Source: Spirochaetia bacterium
Lineage (GTDB): Bacteria; Spirochaetota; Spirochaetia; UBA9216
DNA: 64,000 bases
NCBI GenBank assembly: GCA_963677925.2
Contig: CAXXYH010000003.1
Location: 1,696,001-1,760,000, forward strand
Reading direction: 5' to 3'
Below, in pieces: positions 39,095 through 48,860 of the stretch (the stretch's first letter is position 1; each line of letters opens with the position of its first letter). A model generated the notes under the pieces. That model was given only the letters and a program-made list of their open reading frames with translations, searched no databases and was not told the DNA's origin. A program made the position numbers and the translations under genes.

Positions 39095-40888
39095 ATGAGT
39101 AAAATACCGGAAAGACATGAAGTAGATGATAAAGACAAATGGGATCTTTCAGGTTTATATAAAACAGAAGAAGACTGGGAGGCTGATCTAAAGGCTTTTC
39201 AGAAAATGATACCCGGAATAGAAAAATTCAGGGGGACCCTGGGGGACTCCGCTGAAAAGCTCAAGGAATGCCTTGATTATATGAATGGATTTGAGCTGAT
39301 GGAAGAAAGACTCGGATCCTATGCCCATCTGAGACTCAACGAGGATGAAGGAAACAGCAGCGGACAGGAGCGGTTTTCAAGATTCATGTCTCTTGCGGCA
39401 CAGGCCTCAGCTGCTGCCAGTTATCAGACCCCGGAGATACAGGCGGTTTCCGAAGATAAAATGAAATCCTTTATGGCATCCCCCCTGCTCTCGGAATATT
39501 CTATTATGCTGAACAAGATCCTCCGGTACAGACCTCATATCCTGTCCGAGAAGGAAGAGAAGCTGATAGCCATGCAGGCAGAGGCGAATCAGACTGCTTC
39601 AAGGACATTTTCATCACTGACCAATGTCGATATGTCTTTTGGAAATATAAAGATTGAAGAGGGAGAAATTCCCCTCACACAGTCAACATTCGGCTCCTTC
39701 CTGATAAACCCCGACAGGGAAATCAGAAAGCAGGCATATTTTCAGTTCTACTCCGGCTTTGAATCTCATAAAAACACACTTTCAACTCTCTATGCAGGAA
39801 ATGTTCATCTGGACATATACAAATCACGCATACGCAATTACAGTTCCTCAAGAGCCGCAGCCCTCTTCCCGGACAAGGTTGAAGAAACCGTTTATGACAA
39901 CCTTCTGAGCACCATAGGCGAAAATCTCCCGGCCCTTCACCGGTATTACGATCTGCGGCGCCGTGCGCTTGGCCTTGAGAAGCTCAGCCACTATGACGTC
40001 TATGTTCCGCTTGTAAAGGATATAAAGGTAAAGCATAGCTATGATGAAGCTGTTGAAGTAATAATCAAAGCATTGGAACCGATGGGTGAAGAGTACTGCA
40101 GTACGCTCGAGAACGGACTCAGGAGCGGGTGGGTTGATCGCTATGAGAACAAGGGAAAACGCTCCGGAGCCTTTTCCGCAGGGTCCTACATCGGCGATCC
40201 ATATATCCTGATGAACTTCAAGGAAGACGTTCTTCGAGATGTGTTCACACTTGCCCATGAGGGCGGACACTCGATGCATTCCTGGTACAGTGTCAGAAAC
40301 AACCCATTCCAGAATTACAGCTATACAATATTTGAGGCTGAAGTAGCATCTACCTTCAACGAACAGCTGCTTGCAAAATATCTTTTCGAAAGAGCGGAGT
40401 CCGATGAAATGAAGGCCTACCTGATTGGAAAACAGGTTGATGATATTATTGCAACAATATTCAGACAGACCATGTTTGCCGAATTTGAACATCTTGCCCA
40501 TAAGATGGTTGAAGAAGGCCAGCCTTTAAGTGTTGAATCGGTAAGAAAACTCTACAGAAGCCTGCTGGAGAAATACTTCGGGCCTGATGTTGAACTGTTC
40601 GCAGAAAGTGATCTTGAAGGACTCAGAATCCCCCATTTCTACAGGGCTTTCTATGTTTACAAGTATGCTACCGGTCTTGCTGCCGCCATAGCGCTGTCAA
40701 CGAAGGTTCTTAACGGTACTGAACTTGATCGTGACCAGTACCTCTCATTTCTCAAATCAGGAGGGTCGAAATATCCACTTGAATCTCTTGCTGCGGCAGG
40801 AGTGGATATGAGCAGTCCTGAACCGGTACAGGCGGCAATGAAGCGCTTCGGAGAGCTTTGCAGTCAACTTGAGGGGCTGATCAAATGA
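39095..40888 (+). CDS. pepF: Oligoendopeptidase F (M3B)
   Basis: KWDLS, GKRSGAFS, TLAHEGGHSMH, AEVASTFNE, RIPHFY, YVYKYATG. Confidence 0.95.
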   Translation: MSKIPERHEVDDKDKWDLSGLYKTEEDWEADLKAFQKMIPGIEKFRGTLGDSAEKLKECLDYMNGFELMEERLGSYAHLRLNEDEGNSSGQERFSRFMSLAAQASAAASYQTPEIQAVSEDKMKSFMASPLLSEYSIMLNKILRYRPHILSEKEEKLIAMQAEANQTASRTFSSLTNVDMSFGNIKIEEGEIPLTQSTFGSFLINPDREIRKQAYFQFYSGFESHKNTLSTLYAGNVHLDIYKSRIRNYSSSRAAALFPDKVEETVYDNLLSTIGENLPALHRYYDLRRRALGLEKLSHYDVYVPLVKDIKVKHSYDEAVEVIIKALEPMGEEYCSTLENGLRSGWVDRYENKGKRSGAFSAGSYIGDPYILMNFKEDVLRDVFTLAHEGGHSMHSWYSVRNNPFQNYSYTIFEAEVASTFNEQLLAKYLFERAESDEMKAYLIGKQVDDIIATIFRQTMFAEFEHLAHKMVEEGQPLSVESVRKLYRSLLEKYFGPDVELFAESDLEGLRIPHFYRAFYVYKYATGLAAAIALSTKVLNGTELDRDQYLSFLKSGGSKYPLESLAAAGVDMSSPEPVQAAMKRFGELCSQLEGLIK

Positions 40889-41430
40889 ACTGCCTCAACT
40901 GCAGCTCCAAGGCATGCAAATCCGACGGACGCGACTGCAACGGAGCCCACGACAGCATAGTTAAAGAATATAAAAAAGACGGCATTCCCGAGTTTTACGA
41001 GAATGCCGATAAACTCGTTGCCGGAGGAAGAGCCGGCAGCCTCTCAAGACTTGATGAAGTAATTGAATTTTCAAATCTTCAGGGGTGGAAGAAAATAGCA
41101 CTGGCCTACTGTTTTTCCATGGAAAAGGAAGCTCTGAAACTTTCAGGGATACTGAAGGAGAAGGGGCTGAAACCTAGTTCTTTCCGCTGTACTGTTAACG
41201 GAATTAAGGAATCTGAGATAAGCGATAATCTTAAAGGCGGCGTCAACTGCAATCCTATAGGACAGGCTGAGGCGATTAACCAGAGCGATGCGGATCTTGT
41301 AATCGAGATGGGACTCTGTCTTGGCCATGATATCCTGTTTCATCAGTATCTGAAAAAACCGCTTACAGTTCTTGCTGTTAAGGACAGGCTATATAAGCAT
41401 AATCCGCTTCAGGCATTAGTTGAAGACTAA
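40885..41430 (+). CDS. DUF1847-family putative metal-binding protein
   Basis: CLNC..C..C, SRLDE, CNPIGQA, GLCLGHD, VLAVKDR, HNP. Confidence 0.82.
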   Translation: MNCLNCSSKACKSDGRDCNGAHDSIVKEYKKDGIPEFYENADKLVAGGRAGSLSRLDEVIEFSNLQGWKKIALAYCFSMEKEALKLSGILKEKGLKPSSFRCTVNGIKESEISDNLKGGVNCNPIGQAEAINQSDADLVIEMGLCLGHDILFHQYLKKPLTVLAVKDRLYKHNPLQALVED

Positions 41431-41464
41431 TAAACCTGAAACAGACAGTCGATTCGGTGTTAAT

Positions 41465-42547
41465 CTAAAGCCACTCACTTCCGTCGGACTCTCCGGTTCC
41501 GGAAGAGTCACGGAAGATCAGCTGCATCTCAAGCCTTACCCGAATCGGACTTCCAGCAACCAGTCTGCCGTTGATGATATCTGATACCGCATTTATACAT
41601 AGCATAGCAGTGAGCTGATCGGGGCTTTTAATAGTAGTTAAAGACGGATCCAGGGCTTCGGAAATATCCTGGTTGCCGGCCCCGGTTATACCGATATCAC
41701 CTGGAACTTCAAGCCCTGCCTCCCTGCAGGCCTTAAGAGCTCCTGCGGCAAGCGTATCAGTTGCGCAGATCACGGCATCAGGATACTCCTCATTAAGCAG
41801 AAGCTGCTGCATGGCAGTTTTTCCCTGCTCAGTCTCGTATCCTCCTGCAGACACCGTGTATTCTTCCCGGAAGCCGTATCGTGTACCTTCGCCTGCATCC
41901 CTGCAGGCGGCATAACCGGGTTCCAGCTTCAGCTCTTTGGAAGTTCCAATGTAAGCCGGGTTCCGGCGGCCGGATTCAAGCAGATGAACAGCCATCCGGT
42001 AAAAGGCATCATATCGGTCAACAACGATAAAATTACCTTCGAATTTTTCGGTAGGATTAAAGTCACCGGTAAAAAGAATCGGTATATCGATTGCGGAAAA
42101 TGCAGTCGCAGAAATTCCGGGTGAAGGAATAACAATTACAGCGGAACAGCCCAGTTTTTCCATTTCAGACGCAATGGCAGCTTCAGTTCCTGATGATGAA
42201 CTTCGAATCGACAGGCCTGTACCGGCTGCCGCGGTATACTTTTCGATCTGCCTGACCAGCCCTGCATTAGATGGAGCGGCAATATCCTGAACAATGAGCC
42301 CAATTGTATAAGTTGTCTCAGACCGAAGTTCAGAAGGCTCGCAGACAATCATTCCCCTGCCCGGCTTCTTGTCTATAAGCCCTTCTTTCTGCAGAAGATC
42401 CACGGCCTTGATAACCGTATTTCCGCTTGTCTCCCACTGTTCTGCGAGTTCCCGTACTCCGGGGAGTCTGACGCCTGAGGGAATGCTGCCGCTGACTATC
42501 TCTTCACGGAGATGTCTGTATATCTTTTGATAAAGAAGTTCTTTCAC
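41465..42547 (-). CDS. GntR-HTH / LacI-type ligand-binding transcriptional regulator (AraR-like)
   Basis: LYQKI..RLPGVRELA HTH; YPDAVICATD, VPGDIGITG, PSLTT. Confidence 0.88.
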   Translation of the reverse strand: MKELLYQKIYRHLREEIVSGSIPSGVRLPGVRELAEQWETSGNTVIKAVDLLQKEGLIDKKPGRGMIVCEPSELRSETTYTIGLIVQDIAAPSNAGLVRQIEKYTAAAGTGLSIRSSSSGTEAAIASEMEKLGCSAVIVIPSPGISATAFSAIDIPILFTGDFNPTEKFEGNFIVVDRYDAFYRMAVHLLESGRRNPAYIGTSKELKLEPGYAACRDAGEGTRYGFREEYTVSAGGYETEQGKTAMQQLLLNEEYPDAVICATDTLAAGALKACREAGLEVPGDIGITGAGNQDISEALDPSLTTIKSPDQLTAMLCINAVSDIINGRLVAGSPIRVRLEMQLIFRDSSGTGESDGSEWL

Positions 42548-42589
42548 CCTGATTAATCCTGGCTACATAGTACATTCAAAGCGAATATC

Positions 42590-42681
42590 AAACAAGAACT
42601 ATTTTTACAGCATTTGTTTGATACTTGTTTTAGCATATCCAGCATTTTGTTTCATATTTGTTTGACTTATAACTCAAACAA
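42590..42681. promoter_or_regulatory. Phased TTGTTT/AAACAA array in the divergent promoter region
   Basis: TTGTTT at 42614, 42625, 42647, 42658; inverted AAACAA at 42590 and 42676. Confidence 0.5.
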
Positions 42682-42712
42682 TGTTATTCTTTTATATCTA
42701 TTGGAGGATTTT

Positions 42713-43807
42713 ATGGCTACAGTAACACTTGAAAATATAACCAAAATTTATCCGGGAAATGTTAAAGCTGTTGACAATGTAAATATTGAGATAAAAGACG
42801 AAGAGTTTGTTGTTCTTGTAGGTCCATCAGGATGCGGAAAAACAACAACTCTTAGAATGATTGCCGGCCTCGAGGAAATATCGGACGGAACATTGAAAAT
42901 AGGCGACAAAGTTGTAAACGATGTACCTCCCAAGGACAGGGACATTGCAATGGTATTTCAGAACTACGCCCTGTATCCTCATATGTCCGTATACGACAAC
43001 ATGGCCTTCGGTCTTAAAATCAGAAAGTTTTCAAAGGATGAAATTGACAAGCGTGTTAAAGAAGCCGCGGCAATACTCGGAATTGAAAGTCTTCTCAAAA
43101 GAAAACCGAAAGCCTTGTCCGGCGGTCAGAGACAGAGGGTTGCTGTAGGAAGAGCCATTGTAAGGCACCCGAAGGTATTCCTCTTTGACGAACCGCTTTC
43201 AAACCTTGACGCAAAGCTGAGGGTACAGATGAGAGCTGAAATTTCCAGCCTTCACCACCGTCTTAAGGCTACCATGGTTTATGTAACACACGACCAGGTT
43301 GAAGCCATGACTATGGCTGATAAAATCGTTGTAATGAAGGACGGTCTTGTTCAGCAGATAGGAAGCCCGCTTACCCTTTACAACGCTCCCGACAACCTCT
43401 TTGTAGCAGGATTCATAGGCTCACCTCAAATGAACTTTATCCCTGTAAAACTCGATATCAACGGAAGTAAAATCATTGCCGATGAGGGCGGTTTTCAGAT
43501 AGAGATTCCATCCGATAAAGCCGAACTTCTTAAAGATTATAACGGAAAAACCGTTGTGATGGGCGTTAGACCTGAAAACCTTAAATATGCAGAAGACGGA
43601 AGCGAAAAGGATTCAATAACCGGATCAATTACCGTTATTGAACAGCTGGGCGAAGAAATACATCTTCATGTAAAAACATCAACAAGCAGTTTCATTGCAA
43701 AGGTACCGCCTCACCTGAGCTTTAAAGTCGGAGACAAGGCATATTTCAAACCGGCTCCTGAAAAAATCTATTTCTTTGATAAAGAATCTGAGCAGACAAT
43801 CAGATAA
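42713..43807 (+). CDS. msmX: Stand-alone sugar ABC transporter ATP-binding protein (MalK/MsmX family)
   Basis: GPSGCGKTT, FQNYALYPHM, LSGGQRQR, DEPLSNLDAK, TOBE domain; ATG after GGAGG. Confidence 0.88.
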   Translation: MATVTLENITKIYPGNVKAVDNVNIEIKDEEFVVLVGPSGCGKTTTLRMIAGLEEISDGTLKIGDKVVNDVPPKDRDIAMVFQNYALYPHMSVYDNMAFGLKIRKFSKDEIDKRVKEAAAILGIESLLKRKPKALSGGQRQRVAVGRAIVRHPKVFLFDEPLSNLDAKLRVQMRAEISSLHHRLKATMVYVTHDQVEAMTMADKIVVMKDGLVQQIGSPLTLYNAPDNLFVAGFIGSPQMNFIPVKLDINGSKIIADEGGFQIEIPSDKAELLKDYNGKTVVMGVRPENLKYAEDGSEKDSITGSITVIEQLGEEIHLHVKTSTSSFIAKVPPHLSFKVGDKAYFKPAPEKIYFFDKESEQTIR

Positions 43808-43808
43808 A

Positions 43809-43902
43809 AAATATCTCAAATAGCCCGGAACAGGTCTTATTTGAGATATTTCCTCCTCTTTTTTCTCCTGGCCCCTGCCGGCAACAGCAGGGGCTTTTTT
43901 TA
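43809..43902. terminator. Two hairpins between convergent msmX and RACo genes
   Basis: 14-bp inverted repeat AAATATCTCAAATA (43809-43851) and GCCCCTGC/GCAGGGGC plus T run (43871-43902). Confidence 0.7.
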
Positions 43903-45726
43903 CAGCTTGTTGAAATACATAGCGTTCATGTATTCCATTTGAAACTGGGCACTTGTTGAGAGTTCAATGTAATCAACATGCCTTGCGGCATCAGACATAT
44001 CAGCAATGACATCAGCAGATAGAGCTGCCATTACCGCACCCTTACCTGCAGTGTTTCCGGCTGCTGCTATCTTTGTTTCAAGGGCTGCCGGAACAAGTCC
44101 GATAACCGCGGCATTATGCCTGTCTAGGGCAGCTCCGAAACCGCCGGCCAGATGCACACATTCAACATCATCAACTGTTTTTCCGGTTTCATGAAGCAGC
44201 GTTGCAATTCCGGCAGCTATTGCAGCTTTGGCCATCTGAATTTCCCTTATGTCCTTCTGAGTGAGCGTTATTCCGCCGGAAACTTTCAGTTCGGGACCGT
44301 CATCTTTTATAATGAGCGGTCCGGAAGTATCTGCCTCCTCGGTCATAATCCTTCCGGTCTCATCAATGTATCCCTGCTGCAGGAAAACAGAAACCGCATC
44401 AACAATTCCTGAACCGCAGATTCCTGCCGGAGTATCTCCGCCAATCACTTCAAAGGAAATATCCTTTTCAGTGGCGGCATATACCCTGTTGATTGCGCCG
44501 GGAACTCCGCCCATTCCGCATGAGATATTAGCGCCCTCAAGAGCCGGGCCGGCTGCAGTTGAACATGCCGTCATACCGCTTTTATTGCCGAGAACAATCT
44601 CACCATTTGTACCTATATCGATTAAAAGAGAGAGTTTATCAGTTCTATGCATTCCGGTGGCAATGATGCCTGCTGTGATGTCTGCACCTACATAGGAGGC
44701 AATAGAGGGAAGCAGTGCTATTGTACATCCCTCGTGAAGACTCAGCCCCAGCTCCGGCGCTGAAACAGCAAGCAGAGAGGTATCAACCGGAATAAAGGGA
44801 GCGGCAGCTATACCTGCGGGATCCAGACCGGCGAAAAGATGCATCATGGTAGTGTTGCCCGCTATTGTAACAAGATCGATTGCAGAAGATTCAATTCCGG
44901 CTTTTAAACAAAGCTTATCGACCATGGTTGATATCTGATTTGTTATTTTCTGCTGCAGAATATCAAGGTTTCCTGATTCCTGCATTGTGAACTCGATTCT
45001 GGAGATAACATCCCCTCCGAAACCCTTCTGAGAATTCAGTGAGGAGACAAAGTCGATCACCTGACCGCGCTCTTCTCCGCTGATGCAGACAAGATATGAA
45101 ACTACTGTAGTGGTTCCGATATCAACTGCAACAGCGTATGAAACCTCAGCAGTATTTTTATCTGACACTGAAACAATTTTACCGAAACAGGTTTTTACCG
45201 AGATTTCATACTCGTATTTTTTCAGAAGTGCAGGCAGGCACCGTATCATCCACAATGGAATATCCGAACTTTCAGGAAGGCCTGATTTAATTCTTTCAAA
45301 GTCGGAACGCTGATCCTCGATTGAAGGCTTATCAAGATTCAGACTGATTAGAGAAACAGGCGCCTCCGAACCTATCAGATCCGGATTAAAAGCCTGTCCG
45401 TCAAAACCTGTCAGAATAGATGCTGATTTCCCTGCGGAAGAAACTGTGATATCAATATCACTCTCCGGGAAAATGCGGCAGGCCAGTCTTGTTCCAGCGC
45501 TTATTTCACTTTCGGTGAGGAATTTGTTTTCTACAGAATCAGGCTTATACTGCCTGGTAAGTTCAGGTCTTACTAGTTTTACCCTGCACTTTCCGCAGGT
45601 ACCCTTGCCACCGCAGGGTGCATCATAGCCTTCAATACCGGCCCTGTTTACTGCATCAAGAAGACTTTCACCTTTTTTGATTTCCGCGGCCTTAATTTCA
45701 CCGTCAGTATGTATCTTAATTTTCAT
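43900..45726 (-). CDS. Reductive activator of corrinoid proteins (RACo / ASKHA ATPase with [2Fe-2S])
   Basis: CGGKGTCGKC, RLAC, DIGTTT, GGDVISRI, DIGTNGE, AAGPALEG, GICGSG, LAGGFG. Confidence 0.92.
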   Translation of the reverse strand: MKIKIHTDGEIKAAEIKKGESLLDAVNRAGIEGYDAPCGGKGTCGKCRVKLVRPELTRQYKPDSVENKFLTESEISAGTRLACRIFPESDIDITVSSAGKSASILTGFDGQAFNPDLIGSEAPVSLISLNLDKPSIEDQRSDFERIKSGLPESSDIPLWMIRCLPALLKKYEYEISVKTCFGKIVSVSDKNTAEVSYAVAVDIGTTTVVSYLVCISGEERGQVIDFVSSLNSQKGFGGDVISRIEFTMQESGNLDILQQKITNQISTMVDKLCLKAGIESSAIDLVTIAGNTTMMHLFAGLDPAGIAAAPFIPVDTSLLAVSAPELGLSLHEGCTIALLPSIASYVGADITAGIIATGMHRTDKLSLLIDIGTNGEIVLGNKSGMTACSTAAGPALEGANISCGMGGVPGAINRVYAATEKDISFEVIGGDTPAGICGSGIVDAVSVFLQQGYIDETGRIMTEEADTSGPLIIKDDGPELKVSGGITLTQKDIREIQMAKAAIAAGIATLLHETGKTVDDVECVHLAGGFGAALDRHNAAVIGLVPAALETKIAAAGNTAGKGAVMAALSADVIADMSDAARHVDYIELSTSAQFQMEYMNAMYFNKL

Positions 45727-46664
45727 ATTTTTATTTCCGCTCCGCTTAGTTCTTCCGCAGATTTTTTAATAAGTTCTAAAACAGTATCATCTGCAGGAGA
45801 AATGATTACAAGCCCTTCACGCTCTGAACCGGAGACATGCCTGCAGTACTGCCCGTCTGAGGCCACGGAGATATCTGCCTGCAGATATCCGTCTTCACTT
45901 TTAAGCCAGCCTTTGATCCTGTAAACGCTGCTGCGGATGCTGTCGATGAAGCGGTTCAAATCCTTTTCATCTGCAGTACTTGAACAGGTAAGCAGTACGG
46001 GAACCGGTCTGCCCTGCCTTCCCCAGCCCGCAAATCGTCTTTCAAACGGTTTAACAGTCTCAATCTCGGGCATCTGCTCAAGCAATGAAGAATCGGCTTC
46101 TCCAAAACTTGTTCGAATAATATCGGCCTCGGGGTTAACGGTAAGAACATCCGACTCGCACAGGCTTGTTTCCATTTTACCTGCCAGGTCTGTTTTATTT
46201 AGAATCACCTTGTTGCTGTAGGCTATCTGTTCATTCACAGCCAGCACAGCCTGAGAGAGTCTGCGGTATGTTGAAGCATCAACAAGGCTAATCATTCCGT
46301 GATATTTAATACGGCCGTTTGAGACTGCTTTAGCTTCATTAATAATTTCAAGAAGCGGTGAAGGCTTAGCCAGTCCGGAAGTTTCTACAAGCAGGTAATC
46401 GATATCAAACCGGGAGAAACTGCCCACGGCCGAAACAAAGGAGCCGGCAAGACAGGAACAGAAGATCTGCCCGTTATTCAGCTCAAGGATACTGTCTTTA
46501 TCCTGAGCACCCAGAAGCTTCGAATCTACTCCGATGCTGCCGAAGTCGTTGACAATAATGCCGAACTTTACGTCCGGCATTATTTTGAAGATGTTATTTA
46601 AAAATGTGGTTTTACCTGATCCCAGAAATCCTGAGATCAGTATTAATTTTATGCTGTCACTCAA
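45723..46664 (-). CDS. CobW/COG0523-like G3E GTPase
   Basis: GFLGSGKTT, VNDFG, NGQIFCSC, ETSGLA, NKTD, RIKG. Confidence 0.88.
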   Translation of the reverse strand: MSDSIKLILISGFLGSGKTTFLNNIFKIMPDVKFGIIVNDFGSIGVDSKLLGAQDKDSILELNNGQIFCSCLAGSFVSAVGSFSRFDIDYLLVETSGLAKPSPLLEIINEAKAVSNGRIKYHGMISLVDASTYRRLSQAVLAVNEQIAYSNKVILNKTDLAGKMETSLCESDVLTVNPEADIIRTSFGEADSSLLEQMPEIETVKPFERRFAGWGRQGRPVPVLLTCSSTADEKDLNRFIDSIRSSVYRIKGWLKSEDGYLQADISVASDGQYCRHVSGSEREGLVIISPADDTVLELIKKSAEELSGAEIKI

Positions 46665-48010
46665 AGGTACTTTTCAACCTCAGCTATAAATTCATTTCTG
46701 CTTGGAATTATAGATGAGTATTTAAGTTCGCCATTGATGTAGATACTGGGAAGCTGCTGTACACCCATTGCTTTGCATCGGGCAATGTTCTGAGGCTCTG
46801 TATATTTATACTCTATCATGTCTACCTTTTCTCCGTAATGTGACTTGATATCATCAGCGGAGGCCTTCATATATGTACAGGCTGCGCAGGTAATTGAATC
46901 GAGTGTGAAAACTTCGATAAAGGGTCTTTCAAGATTTGGATAATCGGGAAGTTCGCCTTCAAATTCTATTTCACTGCCCTCATAATTTGCAACCATTTCA
47001 CGGATCTGTTCAGTCTGATGCACAGCCTGCTCTATTCCGATTGTATTCTCGATTGGGATATCGTATGGCATATCGCAGCCGGGAGCGACAATCAGGAGGT
47101 CCTGGTTATCAAGACTGTCTATTAAATCGATGGTAGTTTTCATGTTGTCCTGCTGTGTTCCGAATAGCATAACGGAAGTAAGCGGAATATTACCGCCGAT
47201 AACAACATTATACTTATCAGTAACTTTTTTTGCTGCGGCAAGATTAACATTCTCATCCACCGAAATACTGTCAGGAGCAGTCTTGCACATGGGTTCGATA
47301 TTTGCCGTAGCGTTTCCGCATACAAAGAAGGATGAAAACGCACCCTTGCTTCTTATATGTTCAAAAACCTCAGAAAACGGGCCGTCCATGAACTCAGCGA
47401 AGTGATCAGGTGAAATCTGGGAGATAAGAGGGTCGACAACCGCAATAATGTCCATTCCTGCATCGGCATAGAAATCAGTCATTGCGTTTGCAACTTTCGT
47501 TGTATATTCCATGAGTGCTTTTACATGCTCCGGATTCATTACCATATCCATAAAAATATTGGTTCCCCGAAGATGAGACGCCAGAGTAAAGGGGCCTGTA
47601 ATAAGACCGTAAAGTGCGGTATCAGCTCCTACTTTTTCCTTCATGGCTTTCATGGCTTTTACAGCCATAGGGATACGTCCGTCCTCAGCCTTGGGCATAG
47701 TATCGGGAATTTCTTCGGTATCGGCAAGCGGATGAGATGCCACAGTAGGCGGAGCATCCTCAGACCATACCAGATTACATCCGAGTATTTCAGCTTCAAT
47801 CTGAAGATCAAACATTACCGGCTGTCCGTCCGGCTTGTAGATTTTATTAACCTCAAGAAGAGATTCAATCAGTTTATCAGCATCAGTAGAAACTTCACGT
47901 GCTGTGTACCCTTTTAGTTTACCTGCATGTACACCGGCAAAGGGGACCCATGGCACCTCGCCTGTTTTTTCCTTTCTAAGTACTGCCAGTAATTTTTCTT
48001 TTCCAGTCAT
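46661..48010 (-). CDS. UroD/MtaA-CmuA-family methyltransferase with a C-terminal thioredoxin-like CxxC domain
   Basis: EAEILGC, GPFTLASHLRG, VVDP, FFVCG, GGNI, APGCDMP; C-terminus IEVFTLDSITCAACTYM...GVQQLPSIYINGE. Confidence 0.85.
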   Translation of the reverse strand: MTGKEKLLAVLRKEKTGEVPWVPFAGVHAGKLKGYTAREVSTDADKLIESLLEVNKIYKPDGQPVMFDLQIEAEILGCNLVWSEDAPPTVASHPLADTEEIPDTMPKAEDGRIPMAVKAMKAMKEKVGADTALYGLITGPFTLASHLRGTNIFMDMVMNPEHVKALMEYTTKVANAMTDFYADAGMDIIAVVDPLISQISPDHFAEFMDGPFSEVFEHIRSKGAFSSFFVCGNATANIEPMCKTAPDSISVDENVNLAAAKKVTDKYNVVIGGNIPLTSVMLFGTQQDNMKTTIDLIDSLDNQDLLIVAPGCDMPYDIPIENTIGIEQAVHQTEQIREMVANYEGSEIEFEGELPDYPNLERPFIEVFTLDSITCAACTYMKASADDIKSHYGEKVDMIEYKYTEPQNIARCKAMGVQQLPSIYINGELKYSSIIPSRNEFIAEVEKYL

Positions 48011-48077
48011 ATATCCTCCGGGTTATTATTGCAATTTAATAGCTTGATATAATTCTAAGACCCTTTCAGGCTGGAGG

Positions 48078-48108
48078 ATTGTAGTAATTAACAAATTTTT
48101 GCATTTTT
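48078..48108 (-). promoter_or_regulatory. Candidate activator site, copy 1 (upstream of the methyltransferase)
   Basis: 23/31 identical to 49043-49073; shared core TTTTGCATTTTT. Confidence 0.5.
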
Positions 48109-48124
48109 ACACACGTCCGAATAC

Positions 48125-48163
48125 AAAAAAAAAGAGGATATCCAAAGCTTGTTGGATATCCTC
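48125..48163 (-). terminator. Intrinsic terminator after the corrinoid protein gene
   Basis: 12-bp stem GAGGATATCCAA / TTGGATATCCTC followed by a T run on the minus strand. Confidence 0.85.
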
Positions 48164-48207
48164 CGTATTTTTATAAAAGAAATTTGCCAATGCAGGCTGT
48201 TTTTGGA

Positions 48208-48843
48208 TTATTTTGTACAAACCTCAAGAGCTTTTTCTGAAGCTGTAGCTGCATCTGCTGTATAGATATCAGCACCGATACTTTCACAGAATTTCTCTGT
48301 TACCGGAGCTCCGCCGACCATAATGGTAACCTTGTCTCTGATACCTGCGTCTACAGCGGCCTTAACTACGTTTTCCATCTGAGTCATTGTTGTAGTAAGA
48401 AGAGCTGAACATGCAATAATATTTGCATTTTCATTCTGTGCGGCTTCAATGAATTTCTCAGCCGATACATCAGCTCCGAGATCCACTACAGTTAGACCCT
48501 TGCCTTCAAACATAATCTTCACAAGGTTTTTACCGATGTCATGAAGGTCACCCTTTACTGTTCCGATAACAACCTTTCCGATTTCTTCGACATCATCGCC
48601 GACCATTGCGGGCTTAAGAACTTCTAGTCCGAAATTCATTGCTCTTGCTGCAATAAGTACTTCAGGTACAAAAACTTCATTGTTTTTGAATTTTACTCCT
48701 ACAATATTCATCGCGGAAAGAAGTCCCTTTTCTAGGATTTCCTTGGGAGCGATGCCCTCTGCAAGAGCGTCTGCACAAAGCTGCTTAACCTCATCAGCCT
48801 TGCCTTTCTGCATCAGTTCTGAAATTTTCTCAAAATCTGCCAT
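48208..48843 (-). CDS. Methyltransferase cognate corrinoid (B12-binding) protein
   Basis: FVPEVLIAARAM cap domain, GTVKGDLHDIGKNLV (DxHxxG), SALLTTT, VGGAP. Confidence 0.95.
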   Translation of the reverse strand: MADFEKISELMQKGKADEVKQLCADALAEGIAPKEILEKGLLSAMNIVGVKFKNNEVFVPEVLIAARAMNFGLEVLKPAMVGDDVEEIGKVVIGTVKGDLHDIGKNLVKIMFEGKGLTVVDLGADVSAEKFIEAAQNENANIIACSALLTTTMTQMENVVKAAVDAGIRDKVTIMVGGAPVTEKFCESIGADIYTADAATASEKALEVCTK

Positions 48844-48860
48844 CCTGTTCCTCTCTTTCT

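Noticed and set aside
39848-40501. 217-aa minus-strand ORF inside pepF, and similar long antisense ORFs in topB, clpX and lon
   Set aside because: Fully antisense to conserved genes, with no recognisable motifs or ribosome-binding sites
42614-42712. Extended N-termini offered by the ORF track (msmX 42614; also STAS 4773, clpX 21797, dctP 32939, hydrolase 54057, GNAT 54613)
   Set aside because: Downstream ATGs have better ribosome-binding context or family-typical N-termini; the extensions run through promoter DNA or upstream genes
43900-48843. Selenocysteine or pyrrolysine read-through in the methyltransferase module
   Set aside because: No in-frame TGA/TAG interrupts a domain; the TGA stops overlap the next start codons
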